A stretch of 64,000 nt of DNA from Bugula neritina. Lineage: Eukaryota > Animalia > Bryozoa. The notes beneath the pieces are model-generated. The model searched no databases, had not been told where the DNA came from, and saw only the letters and a program-made list of their open reading frames with translations. Both the position numbers and the translations under genes were made by a program. The stretch lies in NCBI GenBank assembly GCA_964035545.1, contig OZ037771.1, positions 11,908,480 to 11,972,479 of the forward strand, in the 5' to 3' direction. The stretch's first letter is position 1; every line of letters begins with the position of its first letter. Positions 63,674 through 64,000 of the stretch are shown piece after piece.

Positions 63674-63753
<80 letters not shown>

Positions 63754-63806
63754 GTTATAAAGCCAATGGATTAAAATTTATAGCTGGAGATTGAAAGATT
63801 AAAATG

Positions 63807-63998
63807 TCAAGTCACATTCTCTAGGAGGAGCTTTCTAGCGTGCCTGCATGTTGTTACAATCTCATTGCGGCTGTTAAGTGAGGATAGATGCGGCTTGCAA
63901 ACTATGAAGTACTTTTCTAGCAGGCACAGCTTGCAGAGTGGTGATTGCTTGTTGCATGGTTGCGCTCTGGCTAAAATCTTCCACTTTATCTCATAGGC
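63807..63998 (-). CDS. C-terminus of a Penelope-like element ORF (GIY-YIG endonuclease region, Naiad-like); continues beyond the window
   Basis: Manual translation gives AYEIKWKILARAQPCNKQSPLCKLCLLEKYFIVCKPHLSSLNSRNEIVTTCRHARKLLLENVT*, with CxLCxxEK...LNxRxE...CRH. It is absent from the ORF track because it has no start codon in the window. Confidence 0.82.
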   Translation of the reverse strand, partial: AYEIKWKILARAQPCNKQSPLCKLCLLEKYFIVCKPHLSSLNSRNEIVTTCRHARKLLLENVT

Positions 63999-64000
63999 TA

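Larger units (their letters stand above)
62132..63749. repeat. Cluster of (TA)n microsatellites (about 62132-62199, 63475-63552, 63676-63749; another at about 26591-26626)
   Basis: Directly visible dinucleotide runs. Confidence 0.95.

Noticed and set aside
63750-63806. SECIS element after the Penelope-like ORF
   Set aside because: No AUGA/GA quartet with an apical AA stem-loop is visible, and the Cys codons seen are TGC.

Overview
AT-rich animal (invertebrate-type) genomic DNA, roughly half of it transposons. It holds four LTR-bounded Ty3/Gypsy elements of one tRNA-Leu-primed lineage: A 5451-17433 (-), B 42632-50076 (+), C 50405-54896 (+) and D 55237-60737 (-). All four have 4-bp target-site duplications. 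There are also three older Gypsy remnants, an intact RTE LINE nested in A, MITEs, the 3' end of a Penelope-like element and three hammerhead ribozyme motifs. Two host genes can be read: a multi-exon PLPP/wunen-type lipid phosphate phosphatase and an NHL-repeat protein gene. The most notable observation is that this Gypsy lineage carries, between pol and the PPT, an apparently intron-containing accessory gene. It has a 25-nt ATG-initiated first coding exon and a phase-1 GT-AG intron, followed by an exon encoding two zinc fingers and a C-terminal coiled coil. The architecture is conserved between diverged elements B and C and is vestigial in A. It stays intact in C even though C has lost RT, RNase H and the integrase core. 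Other highlights are a covarying -1 frameshift signal and an in-frame tandem array of splice donors in PLPP. All coordinates and alignments were read by eye and no searches were run.
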